Shown: positions 28,181-37,038 of the stretch, in pieces
How positions within the stretch are numbered: the stretch's first letter is position 1
How the letters are laid out: each line of letters begins with the position of its first letter
Origin: a virus
Virus record (IMG/VR): IMGVR_UViG_3300035704_000396
Coordinates: 6,651-70,650 of that record
Length of the DNA stretch: 64,000 nt
Reading direction: 5' to 3' (one strand)
The notes under the pieces: model-generated
The model's input: the letters and a program-made list of their open reading frames with translations, nothing else
Databases searched by the model: none
Told to the model about the DNA's origin: nothing
Translations under genes and position numbers: made by a program

Positions 28181-28593
28181 GCAGGGCACGGCGGGCAGCC
28201 AGTGTGCTGCTGATCGTGCCGCTGCTGGCGGCATGCGCGAACCCGGGCACCACAGTGCCCAGGGCGGCCACACCTGGCCACCAGGCCACCGTGTGGGTCG
28301 TCTACAAGCACCTCCCGCCGGGCCGCGTGTTGTGCACCACGGAGGCGGCCAACCTCAACTGGCGTCTGATCGACACGAGGGCTGACGCGGTCACATCAGC
28401 GGACGTGATGCGCGGCTTCCCACCTGTGTGCCCGAACGGTCATGTCGCCGCGTCCGGCCCTGGGTTCGTGGTCTCCACCGGGACCGGCGTGCTGGATGTG
28501 CTGTGCAACGTCGACGGCACTGTCCGGGACTCGGATCCTTCCGACGCTGCCAGCCTCGGGGAGGCGAAGCGGATCTGCGCGCCGTCGACGTGA
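28177..28593 (+). CDS. putative lipoprotein
   Basis: Basic N-terminus, hydrophobic core, LAAC lipobox; GTGA coupling. Confidence 0.7.
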   Translation: MSRARRAASVLLIVPLLAACANPGTTVPRAATPGHQATVWVVYKHLPPGRVLCTTEAANLNWRLIDTRADAVTSADVMRGFPPVCPNGHVAASGPGFVVSTGTGVLDVLCNVDGTVRDSDPSDAASLGEAKRICAPST

Positions 28594-28620
28594 CAGCCGC
28601 CCGTTGAACCTGTGCTCGAC

Positions 28621-28656
28621 GAAGCCGGCCCCGTCCAGTTGGACGGGGCCGGCTTC
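28621..28656. terminator. bidirectional hairpin between convergent operons
   Basis: GAAGCCGGCCCCGTCC-agtt-GGACGGGGCCGGCTTC, perfect 16-bp stem. Confidence 0.8.
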
Positions 28657-28667
28657 ATGTTGTCCGG

Positions 28668-29150
28668 TCAGCTGACGTGTCGTTGTGGCTCGCTGACCGT
28701 TCCGAGGGCGGCCCGGTTGCTGACCGCGCCCATGGTGGACACGGGCAGGCACAGCGCGTCGCGCAGGATCAGGACCACGAACAGGTTGCGGTCGGCGCCG
28801 TGGTCGAACAGCCGGGTCAGCCGGCCGCCGGTGTCGGCGTCGATGTCGGCGGCGTCCAGGTCGTGCAGCACCAGCAGCAGGCCCCGCCACTGCTGGCCGA
28901 ACCCGGGGCTTTCCCCGGTGACGTACGTGGCCGCAGCGGTGATCATGTTGCGGGGGTTGCGGGTCTCGACCCATGCCGCGGCCGGCATGTCGACGGTGTG
29001 GCTGGCCAGCCACACGATCCGTTGGCCGGCGCGGCCGTTGTCCACGGTGCGGCGGACCAGCTCGACGCGGGCCAGGTCGGTGCCGCCGGCGACGCACACG
29101 TGCCGCGGGTGGGTGTCCATGTGGTCGAGGGCGGTCAGGGCGTCGTTCAT
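28668..29150 (-). CDS. degenerate P-loop/FtsK-like protein
   Basis: VCVAGGTDLARVEL (decayed Walker A position), LLLVLHDL (Walker B-like), G...NLFVVL. Confidence 0.5.
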   Translation of the reverse strand: MNDALTALDHMDTHPRHVCVAGGTDLARVELVRRTVDNGRAGQRIVWLASHTVDMPAAAWVETRNPRNMITAAATYVTGESPGFGQQWRGLLLVLHDLDAADIDADTGGRLTRLFDHGADRNLFVVLILRDALCLPVSTMGAVSNRAALGTVSEPQRHVS

Positions 29151-29449
29151 GTGGCCACCGCCAGCGCGCCGGCGGCGACGGTCGTGTCGGTGTCGGTGTC
29201 GGTGCGGACCAGGAGGACGTCGCCGGCGACGCTGCGCCGCAGCTGGTGGCCGGCCGGTACGGCGTTGGCGGCCAACCACGCCCATGCCTGGTCGGAGGTG
29301 GCCTGGACGCCGGCCTGGTCGCTGTTGGCCATCAGCGGGCCGAGCAGGTTGATGGCGTGCTGGTCGGCCCAGCCGTTGCGCACGGCCAGGCGGATGACGT
29401 CGAGGGCATCGGTGGCCAGGGGTTGCCCGTTCTTTTTCGGTGTGAGCAT
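29147..29449 (-). CDS. hypothetical protein
   Basis: ATG 29449 after AAGGGA; coupled to the next gene. Confidence 0.6.
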   Translation of the reverse strand: MLTPKKNGQPLATDALDVIRLAVRNGWADQHAINLLGPLMANSDQAGVQATSDQAWAWLAANAVPAGHQLRRSVAGDVLLVRTDTDTDTTVAAGALAVAT

Positions 29450-29490
29450 TTTCGGTCCCTTTGGTGGTGGGTTTGGTGGTGCTTCGCCGG

Positions 29491-30396
29491 TCAGGCTGTG
29501 ATCAGCCGGCCGGACGTGGTGGTGTTGCAGGCGGCCAGCAGCCGCTGGTAGCAGCGGTCGCCGTTGCGGGTGAGGCTGAGGGTGCCGCCGGGTTGGTCGC
29601 GGGCCAGCCGCTCGTTGCGGGTGACGTCGACTGCCAGCTCCACGATGTCCGGGTGGTCGCCGGTCCAGTCGGCCAACAGCCGGTGCGGGTCTTCCCAGGG
29701 TGCGGCGTCGTGGACGGCGATGACCACGAGGTCGGGGGACAGGCTGGTCACGGGGATGTCGGCGCCGGGCCGGCCGGGGTGGGCGGGCAGGCCGAAGTGG
29801 CCGTGGCGGCGCAGCAGCAGCGCGAGGTGGCGGCGGCCGCGTGGCCACCGGCGGGGCGCGCAGCGGGCCTGCTGGCGTACCCGGGCCGCGTCCAGCCACC
29901 AGTGGGCGTGGCCCAGGTGGCTGTGGTCGACGCCGGCGCGGTCGAGTCGTTGCGCCCTGCCGGTCAGGGTGTCGATCAGCCAGGCGCACAGGTCGACGCC
30001 GGTGGCGTCGGGGCGGTGGCCGGCCAGCTGCTGGTCCAGCCAGTCCAGTTCGTCGGCGCGGCCGCGGCGGCCGGCGTGGTGGACGGCGACCCGGCCGGTC
30101 CAGAATGTGCGTTCGTCGTGGCCGTCGGGCCAGGGCGGCGCGCCTGGGTGGGTGTGGTCGACCGGTCTCGGGTCGAGTGGGGCAGCGGCCGCCGCTGCTG
30201 CCAGCAGCCGGTCGGCGGCGGCCGTGATCTGGCGGTGTCGTTGCTGCTCGTCCAGCTGCGGCCAGAACGGGTCGCGGTCGGCCAGCCGCCAGGAGGCGGC
30301 GGCCAGGTCGGTGACGGTGTCGGCGGTGTAGCCGTAGCGCGGGCCACACACGGTGTCGACTGGGCTGTCGGTAGGGCATGGGGTCGGGGTGTTCAT
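29491..30396 (-). CDS. hypothetical protein
   Basis: ATG 30396 after GGGGA; protein-like 301 aa. Confidence 0.6.
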   Translation of the reverse strand: MNTPTPCPTDSPVDTVCGPRYGYTADTVTDLAAASWRLADRDPFWPQLDEQQRHRQITAAADRLLAAAAAAAPLDPRPVDHTHPGAPPWPDGHDERTFWTGRVAVHHAGRRGRADELDWLDQQLAGHRPDATGVDLCAWLIDTLTGRAQRLDRAGVDHSHLGHAHWWLDAARVRQQARCAPRRWPRGRRHLALLLRRHGHFGLPAHPGRPGADIPVTSLSPDLVVIAVHDAAPWEDPHRLLADWTGDHPDIVELAVDVTRNERLARDQPGGTLSLTRNGDRCYQRLLAACNTTTSGRLITA

Positions 30397-30674
30397 GCGG
30401 GGTTCCCCCGTCGGGGTGGACGGGCGAGGACCAGGCCGGCGTCGCCGAGGGGTGCAGCGGCGGCCTGGTCCTCGCGGGCCGACGAGCCCCGGCATGGACC
30501 CGTCGATGCTGGCGGTGCGGTCCGGGCCTGCGGACGGGAGCCTCGCCTGGTCGCGGCCCGGACCGGACCGCTCGCCGGGCGGGCCGACGCGGCCCTGCCC
30601 GGCGGGTTGTCGCCACCGTCGGGGTGCGGCCCGCAGGTGCCGGCGCCGTGACTGCCAGGCAGTCGTGTCGACAC
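30393..30674 (-). CDS. small Pro/Gly-rich hypothetical protein
   Basis: GTG after AAAGGGGG; ATGA coupling to the next gene; low complexity. Confidence 0.3.
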   Translation of the reverse strand: MSTRLPGSHGAGTCGPHPDGGDNPPGRAASARPASGPVRAATRRGSRPQARTAPPASTGPCRGSSAREDQAAAAPLGDAGLVLARPPRRGNPA

Positions 30675-30840
30675 GGCACCCCCTTTGGGCCGGGGCGGCG
30701 GCCCGGGCCTGTCCGTGGTGGTGGGAAAGTGTGCCCGCGCGGGGCGGGGCACACGGACGGGCACGATGGTCGCCGCGGTGGCGGCGGTGGGGCCTCGGCT
30801 CGATCGGGGGTCCAAACCGAGGCCACACCACCCGTCGGGG

Positions 30841-30894
30841 TCTACCAATACCCCGACATAGCCAATACCGTAGCGCGGTGTGGGTATTGGTAGA
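30841..30894. promoter_or_regulatory. 13-bp inverted repeat TCTACCAATACCC...GGGTATTGGTAGA with an internal third CCAATACC
   Basis: In the divergent promoter region upstream of the XRE gene. Confidence 0.6.
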
Positions 30895-30996
30895 CACCCC
30901 TCCGGACGGGTGATTCACGCCCCGCGCACCGCTACTGCCAGTACATATGTCGGTGACGGCAGGTGCGCTGTCGTCGAGGAGGATGGGAGCGACCCC

Positions 30997-31875
30997 GTGC
31001 AGTTGGTGCTCACCCCGAGCGTGGCCCGCAGGCTGCTGGGCTACAGCCTGCGCCGCTACCGGCTGATGGCCGGCAAAACCCAGGAGCAAGCCGCGGAGCG
31101 GGTCGACATCAAACAGGGCTCGCTGGCCGGTTTCGAGACCGCTCGTGCCGCGCCCGGCCAGCCGGTGCTGGAGCTGCTGCTGGACTTCTACGGGCGCGGA
31201 TCGGCGTTCCCGCAGATGGCGGTGGTGCGCCGGATCGCCGCCCAGACCCACCGCGACGACCAGCAGCAGGCCGTGCAACGCACCGACCTGGTCGACTTCG
31301 ACCTGTACCGGGGCCTGGAGTGGTTCGCCCGGCGGATCGAGGCGTACGAACCGGCGCTGGTGCACGGCTTGCTGCAGACCGAGGCCACGGCCCGCGCGGT
31401 GCTGGAAGACCACGCCCGGCACACCGGCGGCGTGGACGTCGACGCCGCCCTGCGGGAACGGCTCGACCGACAAGGCGTCCTGTACCGGGACGAATCCGAC
31501 GATCTACCATCACCGTGTCTGCGGCTCTACATCGAGGCGGACCGGCTGCGCCGGCCCGTGGTCGACCGGCAGTCGCAGGCCGAGCAGCTTGACCACCTGG
31601 CGACGGCGATGGCCCGGACCAACGTGGAGGTCCGGGTCATCCCCGACGAGGTGGCCATCCACCCGGCCCAGCGGGGCACCGCCACCCTGCTGGACATGGG
31701 CGACTGGCAGGTCGGCTACGCCGAGACGTGGCAGACCGCCTCCTACTACGACCACCCGGAGGCGATCGGCGCACTGACCCGGATCATGGCCCACCTGCAG
31801 GCCGTCAGCCTCGGCCCAGAGGACTCGCTGGCGTACATCGTCAGCACAGCCAACCAACTACGCGGGGGGAGGTGA
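30997..31875 (+). CDS. XRE-family HTH regulator with DUF5753-type domain
   Basis: RRLLGYSLRRYR..AGKTQEQAA HTH; VHGLLQT, RLDRQ and EQLDHL motifs; start uncertain. Confidence 0.88.
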   Translation: MQLVLTPSVARRLLGYSLRRYRLMAGKTQEQAAERVDIKQGSLAGFETARAAPGQPVLELLLDFYGRGSAFPQMAVVRRIAAQTHRDDQQQAVQRTDLVDFDLYRGLEWFARRIEAYEPALVHGLLQTEATARAVLEDHARHTGGVDVDAALRERLDRQGVLYRDESDDLPSPCLRLYIEADRLRRPVVDRQSQAEQLDHLATAMARTNVEVRVIPDEVAIHPAQRGTATLLDMGDWQVGYAETWQTASYYDHPEAIGALTRIMAHLQAVSLGPEDSLAYIVSTANQLRGGR

Positions 31876-31879
31876 ACAC

Positions 31880-32071
31880 ATGAGGATCACGTGGAGGACG
31901 TCGAGCTACACCTCCGGCGGTGGCCAGTGCGTGGAGATGGGCTGGGACGCCGGCAAGCTGGCCGTCCGCGACACCAAGCAGGCCGGCGGACACCAGCCGG
32001 TGATGCTGGTGACCGGCCCGACCGGCCAGGCATTCCTGGCCGCGGCGAAAGCCGGTCGACTGGACCGGTAG
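31880..32071 (+). CDS. DUF397 family protein
   Basis: WRTSSYT..GGQCVE, VRDTK and AFLAAAK motifs; GGAGG RBS. Confidence 0.92.
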   Translation: MRITWRTSSYTSGGGQCVEMGWDAGKLAVRDTKQAGGHQPVMLVTGPTGQAFLAAAKAGRLDR

Positions 32072-32193
32072 CGGTTGAACGGCGCATCCGCGCTGGTGGT
32101 GGCCCCGGACCGCCCTGGAGTCCGGGGCCGCAGCCATGTCCGTGACCTGGCCGCCCGGCGCCGGGTCGAGGTACAACCAATACCCGCCCTCCA

Positions 32194-33285
32194 TCAATGA
32201 GCCGCTGAGACGTCCCGTATCGGTTGGTCGGGGGTATTGGGTTCGGGGACCCCGGTTCGTCCGCCTGTGGACCTGTCAGGCCCCGAAACCGGCCTCCTGG
32301 CGGGCGTGGTGCACCTGCCCCTGGCCCGAGCGGGTGCCTCGGTGAGCGCCCTGGCCTTGGCCTCGAAGGCCACCAGGGTGGCGGCCCGGCCGTACGCCTG
32401 GATGTGGGTCAGCCGCGGAAACTGCTCGGAGATGACCTTCGCCAGGTCGTCGGCGCTGATCAGCGGGTTGTCGTCGATGGCGGCGCATGCCTGCGTGCCG
32501 GCCTTGTCGCGCGCACGTACGCGTAGTGGGTCACCTACAGACTCACCTTCCGTAGAAACCACCTGAGCAGCGTTAGCGGGTGGTTTCGTTCCAGCCGCGT
32601 CAGCGGCTGGGTCCGGGGGGTTCGAGGGGGGCGGGCCCCCCTGGACTGTTTCAAGGTCCAGTTTCGTAGAGGACTGTTTTGGGGGTCTAACAGTCCCCCC
32701 TGCTGGGACTATTAGTCCCCCCTCGTCGGGACTATTAGTCCCCCCTGGGGCGGGTTGGGCCGCCGGTTCGGCAGGGGGGACTGTTAGACCCCCCTGCGAC
32801 TCGAACAGGTCCGGCGTCAGGGGCTGTGAGCTGTCGCTTTCCTCTGCCTTGGGTGGCCGGGAGACGCCCTTGTCGGCGCGCGGCTTGCGTCCCGTGCGGG
32901 CCGGCTCGGCCAGTGGCGGACGCATCTGGGCCGTCAACGGCGGGAGGCCCCGTTCGGCGCGGTCGCGGTTGACCTCGTCGACCTGGCTCGCGGAGTACCA
33001 GTCGAACGGGATCATCAGGTCGTAGACCTTCGGCCGGTATCGCTTCGGAATGCTCCGGGCCAGCCGCTGATCGCCCAGCTTGATGACCTTGCGGCGCAGC
33101 ATCGCGGCCAGGCGCCGCTCGATGGTCTTCTCGTCGCATAGCGCGTACTCGGCCATCGACCGAATCGAGGGATACGCTCCCGTGCCGTCCGAGCGGGCGC
33201 GGTGCGCCATCTGCGTGCTGATCGCCCGCTCGTACACGTCGGCCACGGGCGCCGCCTCGGCCCACGCGATCGCCAGGAAGCTCAT
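32194..33285 (-). CDS. HTH-type replication initiator (Rep)
   Basis: MSFLAIAWA, DGTGAYPSI..MA, TIERRL..M and RYRPKVYDL motifs of actinobacterial plasmid/phage initiators; contains iterons. Confidence 0.8.
   Translation of the reverse strand: MSFLAIAWAEAAPVADVYERAISTQMAHRARSDGTGAYPSIRSMAEYALCDEKTIERRLAAMLRRKVIKLGDQRLARSIPKRYRPKVYDLMIPFDWYSASQVDEVNRDRAERGLPPLTAQMRPPLAEPARTGRKPRADKGVSRPPKAEESDSSQPLTPDLFESQGGLTVPPAEPAAQPAPGGTNSPDEGGLIVPAGGTVRPPKQSSTKLDLETVQGGPPPSNPPDPAADAAGTKPPANAAQVVSTEGESVGDPLRVRARDKAGTQACAAIDDNPLISADDLAKVISEQFPRLTHIQAYGRAATLVAFEAKARALTEAPARARGRCTTPARRPVSGPDRSTGGRTGVPEPNTPDQPIRDVSAAH
32681..32795. repeat. four palindromic iterons (candidate origin) inside rep
   Basis: GGGACTATTAGTCCCCCCT at 32705 and 32728; GGGGGTCTAACAGTCCCCCCT at 32681 and its reverse complement at 32773. 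Confidence 0.8.
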
Positions 33286-33995
33286 CGCTCGGCCGCTGTC
33301 GTGCGCAGTTCGGCCACGGCTGCCGACACTGCGGCAACCGGGTCGGCCTGGTCGAAGTCGAACCACTCACCCGTGGTGCGCTGTAGCCCGAACTTACGGT
33401 GCAGCGTGCGTTCTAGGCGGATTCCTCCCTCGGTCTGCCACAGCAGCCGCAGCGTCATACCTGAGCCGGTCTGCAACTGGGCGAGCCTCCGTTCCGGATG
33501 CTCAGACACCCCGATCTTGACCAGCCCGCGTTCGCCACCGATGACGTACACGAACGTCGACCGCGCCGGTGGTTGCAGACGTAGCGCAGCCTGCGACCGA
33601 TCATCTGTCCTGGTCAGCACGCCCTGCTTCTCCAGCACGGCCAGCGCGTCGTTCAGCGCGGTGCCTCCCATGGACTTGCCGTTCACGCCCGGCACCAGGT
33701 ACATCAACTGGTCGTTGGACAGGTCCGGCACAGTGCCGTCGGGTCCGCACAGCGAGGCCAAGATGGCGTAAACCCGGAACGCGGTGTGCGGGATCTCCGG
33801 ATGCAGTGCGATCCATTGCATGACACGCGCGAAGTGGAAGCCGACGTCGTCGGCGTCGAGGATCGGGCTGGGCGTGGTCTCATCGACGCTGCCGTCCGCG
33901 TCGCCGGCCCCCTCGACGTCACGGTCGGACGTCTGCTCCAGCAGCTCGTCGTCGACGTCGTGCTCGGCTTGCGCGGCCGATGGATTCTGATCCAC
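33282..33995 (-). CDS. GIY-YIG (T5orf172-like) domain protein with N-terminal helical domain
   Basis: FVYVIG, VKIGVS.HPERRLAQLQTG, LERTLHRKF and GEWF motifs; coupled to rep. Confidence 0.85.
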   Translation of the reverse strand: MDQNPSAAQAEHDVDDELLEQTSDRDVEGAGDADGSVDETTPSPILDADDVGFHFARVMQWIALHPEIPHTAFRVYAILASLCGPDGTVPDLSNDQLMYLVPGVNGKSMGGTALNDALAVLEKQGVLTRTDDRSQAALRLQPPARSTFVYVIGGERGLVKIGVSEHPERRLAQLQTGSGMTLRLLWQTEGGIRLERTLHRKFGLQRTTGEWFDFDQADPVAAVSAAVAELRTTAAER

Positions 33996-34316
33996 CGGTG
34001 GTCCTTCCCGGCCGATCGGGTGACCCGAATCCCGTGTCGTGCCGGGGTGGCCAATGGAGATTGGCCCGCTCGCCCGGTAGACTGGCCGGTGAGTCGGGGA
34101 CGTGAATCCCCGACGACTGGGTCACCTACGACCTTGTCAGTGGTGTTCGTAGGTGGCTTGGGAGCCGAAGGACTCTGGTCCTCAAGAAGCGCGCGTCACC
34201 GGTTGCGGAGCCGGAGGCGCGCGTTTCCCGTTTCGACGACCGTTGTCTGACCCGACTCTTGATCGTGCACTCTAGACCGTCGAAGGTCGTTGATCACGTC
34301 ACCCGACGTGATCAAC
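33996..34316 (-). promoter_or_regulatory. structured leader upstream of the rep operon
   Basis: Hairpins GGCCAAT/ATTGGCC, GTCGGGGA/TCCCCGAC, CACCTACGA/TCGTAGGTG, GCGCGC stem, 12-bp IR at 34289-34316, TAGAGT -10-like box. Confidence 0.55.
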
Positions 34317-34413
34317 CAGTGGGCTCCGACCGTGCACCGCCGAATCTCCACGACGCCTACCAGCGGAAACCGGTTCGTGCTGTCGGCGTGGACGGTTTCG
34401 TCGGTGCACGCTG

Positions 34414-34944
34414 CTATGCGCGTGTCGTTTCGGGTTGCTCGTCGGCAACACCCGGCCCGCCCCGGTCGGCCAGCTGGTTGGCCGCGTCCAGCCCTTCGGC
34501 GACGTCGAGCAGCGCCTGCGCGGCCGCCATGTCCTCATCCCGGCCGTGCACGTCGCGGTACTCCACGAACAGCTCCACCGCGGCCGCCGGCGACTGCTGC
34601 ACGTCGCGCAGCAGCTGGCGCACCGTGGCCTGGCGGGCGGTCACCTCGTCGCACAGTCGCCGGATCCGACCCTCCGGGATTGCCGGCAGGCCGTCCTTCG
34701 GGTCGGCCAGCAGGTAGGCCGGGACGGATCCGGTCACCTGCCCGATCTGGCCGTGGAGCTGGCCCACCACCCGGGCGCCGGCCGCCTCGGCGTCCACGCC
34801 CAGCTGGCCGGTCAACGTGCGAAAGCTGGCCACGGCCTGTTCGGCGAACGTGGCGGCGGCCTGGCGCAGTCCTGCGGCGGCCTGGTCGAGCTGGGCGAGC
34901 TGCGCGGCCAGCCGACGGGTCGGCGCCCCTGTCCGTTCGGTCAT
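34414..34944 (-). CDS. hypothetical helical protein
   Basis: ATG 34944 after GAAGGA/AGGA; protein-like. Confidence 0.65.
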   Translation of the reverse strand: MTERTGAPTRRLAAQLAQLDQAAAGLRQAAATFAEQAVASFRTLTGQLGVDAEAAGARVVGQLHGQIGQVTGSVPAYLLADPKDGLPAIPEGRIRRLCDEVTARQATVRQLLRDVQQSPAAAVELFVEYRDVHGRDEDMAAAQALLDVAEGLDAANQLADRGGPGVADEQPETTRA

Positions 34945-35065
34945 TCCTGTGTTCCTTCCACCGCTGGCAGGGCTGTTTTCTCGGACGAACCGGGACACGC
35001 TGACGTCGGCGGCGCTGGGCCGCTTCGTCCAGCACCCGCCGCCGTTCGGGCGGCACGGTCGGCTG

Positions 35066-35569
35066 TCATGGCCGTGACCCCACTCGGGTGGGGGCCCACA
35101 CGGTGACGTGGCCCAGCGGCCAGGGCGGCACCCACGTCGTGTCCGGCAGCCCGTCCTCCAACGACCGGCTGGTGATGGCCTGCCAGCCGCCGCCCAGTCC
35201 CGAGTCACCGGCCAGGCGGGCGCCGCCCATGTCCAGCCGCCACCCGCCCAGGTGCAGCGGCATCCGTCCGACGATGCCGGTGGCCTGCCCGGCCACCCGC
35301 ATCAGCACCCCCGGGTCGCACAGCCGGCCGGCCAGCCGAGCCGGTGCGTCGGCGAGCACGACGAAGCAGTGCCGCCCGGTCAACGCCATCACCGCCCACA
35401 CCCCGGCCAACTCGTCGTCGCTGACCGTGTCCGGGTCGGCCAGGTCGGGGCCGCCGGCGACCAGGACGGTGCGGGGCTGCCGCCACCGCAGCGGGTCCGG
35501 CATGGCCGCGTCCCGCCCGGGCCGCCACGGCGTCGGCGACCACAGGGCATGCCGCTGCCGGCCGCTCAT
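35066..35569 (-). CDS. degenerate DUF5131 (phage Gp37/Gp68)-like fragment
   Basis: PLRWRQPR, DL..D.V.D..LA.VWAVMALT.RH.F.VL and WPL.HV motifs; no Cys cluster. Confidence 0.6.
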   Translation of the reverse strand: MSGRQRHALWSPTPWRPGRDAAMPDPLRWRQPRTVLVAGGPDLADPDTVSDDELAGVWAVMALTGRHCFVVLADAPARLAGRLCDPGVLMRVAGQATGIVGRMPLHLGGWRLDMGGARLAGDSGLGGGWQAITSRSLEDGLPDTTWVPPWPLGHVTVWAPTRVGSRP

Positions 35570-36090
35570 GTGGCCGCCGTCCAGGCCACCAGCGCGCCGT
35601 CCAGCTCGGCGCCGGCCAACAGGTCGGCGTCGCGGCGGCCGTAGGCGACCAGACAGCTGGGGGCGCCGGCGTTGTCGGCCGCCCTGCTGCCGTCGGACCG
35701 GTGGAAGTGCAACCGGCCGGCCAGGAACAGGATCGCGTCGGCGCGGGTCCACACGTGTTGGGCGAACCAGGCGGTCTCGGTGCGGGCGAACACCAGCGCG
35801 GTGCCAATGCCGTGGTCGGCGAGCTTGGCCAGCCAGGCGCCGACGTCGCGGCTGTAGGGCGGGTTGAGCCACACCCGGCCCTGCCAGTGCAGGGCCAGGC
35901 CGTCGCCGTCGGCGGCGGTGTTGTGCCGGCGGGCGGTGGGCCACGGACGCGGCGCCGGGGCGGCGCACGGGTCCAGCGTGAACGAGTCCGCCCCACCCAG
36001 CGCGGCGAGGATGGCCGGCGGGGTCAGCCACACGTCGCAGGCCGCGCGTGCCGACTGGTGGCCGCCCATGGCGCAGGCGACGCTGCTCAC
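35566..36090 (-). CDS. phage-type DNA N6-adenine methyltransferase
   Basis: WLTPP, FTLDPCA, DGL..W.GRVWLNPPY, ARTET.WF and GRL.F motifs; GGAGG RBS. Confidence 0.88.
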   Translation of the reverse strand: MSSVACAMGGHQSARAACDVWLTPPAILAALGGADSFTLDPCAAPAPRPWPTARRHNTAADGDGLALHWQGRVWLNPPYSRDVGAWLAKLADHGIGTALVFARTETAWFAQHVWTRADAILFLAGRLHFHRSDGSRAADNAGAPSCLVAYGRRDADLLAGAELDGALVAWTAAT

Positions 36091-36597
36091 TCGGGCACCT
36101 CCGACCATTGGTCGTCCGGCGATGCACGCTGGACCAGCATGCCGCCGTGCCGGGCGGCCTCGGACCGGGCCTCGGCTTCCTCCAGCGGCGCTACCCAGAC
36201 GCTGTTGGGCCAGCGGCCGTCGAACGTCTTCCAACTGGTGTGGTCGCCGTATGCCTCGTACCCAGCGCGTGCGTGGTCATGTCTGCCGTTCCTCAGTGCC
36301 GCAAGCGCGGTCTGGCTGGGTGGCCAGCTCGTCGGCTCGGTAACGCCATGCCCGCGCCCGGTCGATCAGGTGGGCCATGGTGTGGCCGCGTGCTTCACCG
36401 AGGGCATCGGCCAGGGCCACACGCGCCTGCTCCTGTTCGGCCAGCCGCGGCGACACCACGGCCTCGTCAACGATGCGCGCGATCTCGCCGTAGTCGATGT
36501 CCAGCGTGTCAGTGACCGGGTCGATGGTCGTGAACTCGCTCGGACACTCCTGCAGCGCCTGCGAGATCGCCTCTCGCATCTCGCGTTCGGTTGTCAC
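36087..36597 (-). CDS. hypothetical protein, probably one gene with a frameshift near 36320
   Basis: ORF 36277-36597; an alternative frame ALAALRNGRHDHARAGYEAYGDHTSWKTFDGR...VPE continues to TGA at 36087, overlapping the MTase start. Confidence 0.45.
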
Positions 36598-36844
36598 CGG
36601 ACCAGCCCCTCACGATTGAACGCGCGCCTAGCGCGCGACACCGGTCACAGGCGTCGTTTTCGTCGAACTGCTCACCCATCTCGTCGGCTGGGCATTCGCA
36701 GGGCAGTGACATCACCACGTCCCGCAACCGGGTCACGGCGCACATCACGATGTGCACCTCGGCGGCTTCATCCTCTGCCGGGTTGCAGGCCGCGATGATG
36801 TGGTCAGCCAGTAGCCGGTACGCGGTCTCGTCGTCGGTTGTCAC
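36591..36844 (-). CDS. small Cys-containing hypothetical protein
   Basis: GTGA-coupled; CECP and CDRC motifs. Confidence 0.6.
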
Positions 36845-37038
36845 CGGCCAGCCTCGATGATGTTGTGGACCTGACGCTCCAACCGGGCCGCGTGCCACTG
36901 GCGGTGCTTGTCACAGAACCGGCCGTGAGGGGAGCCGTCCTCGCAGCCGATCCAGCCGCACTGGTCGCGCTCGCGCTCATCCCGGTAGACCTCATCCGGG
37001 GGAAGATTGATCAGCTCAGGTGGACAGAACATGGTCAC
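36841..37038 (-). CDS. small hypothetical protein
   Basis: GTGA-coupled; C-x4-C...C-x2-H; ends EAGR. Confidence 0.6.
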   Translation of the reverse strand: MTMFCPPELINLPPDEVYRDERERDQCGWIGCEDGSPHGRFCDKHRQWHAARLERQVHNIIEAGR

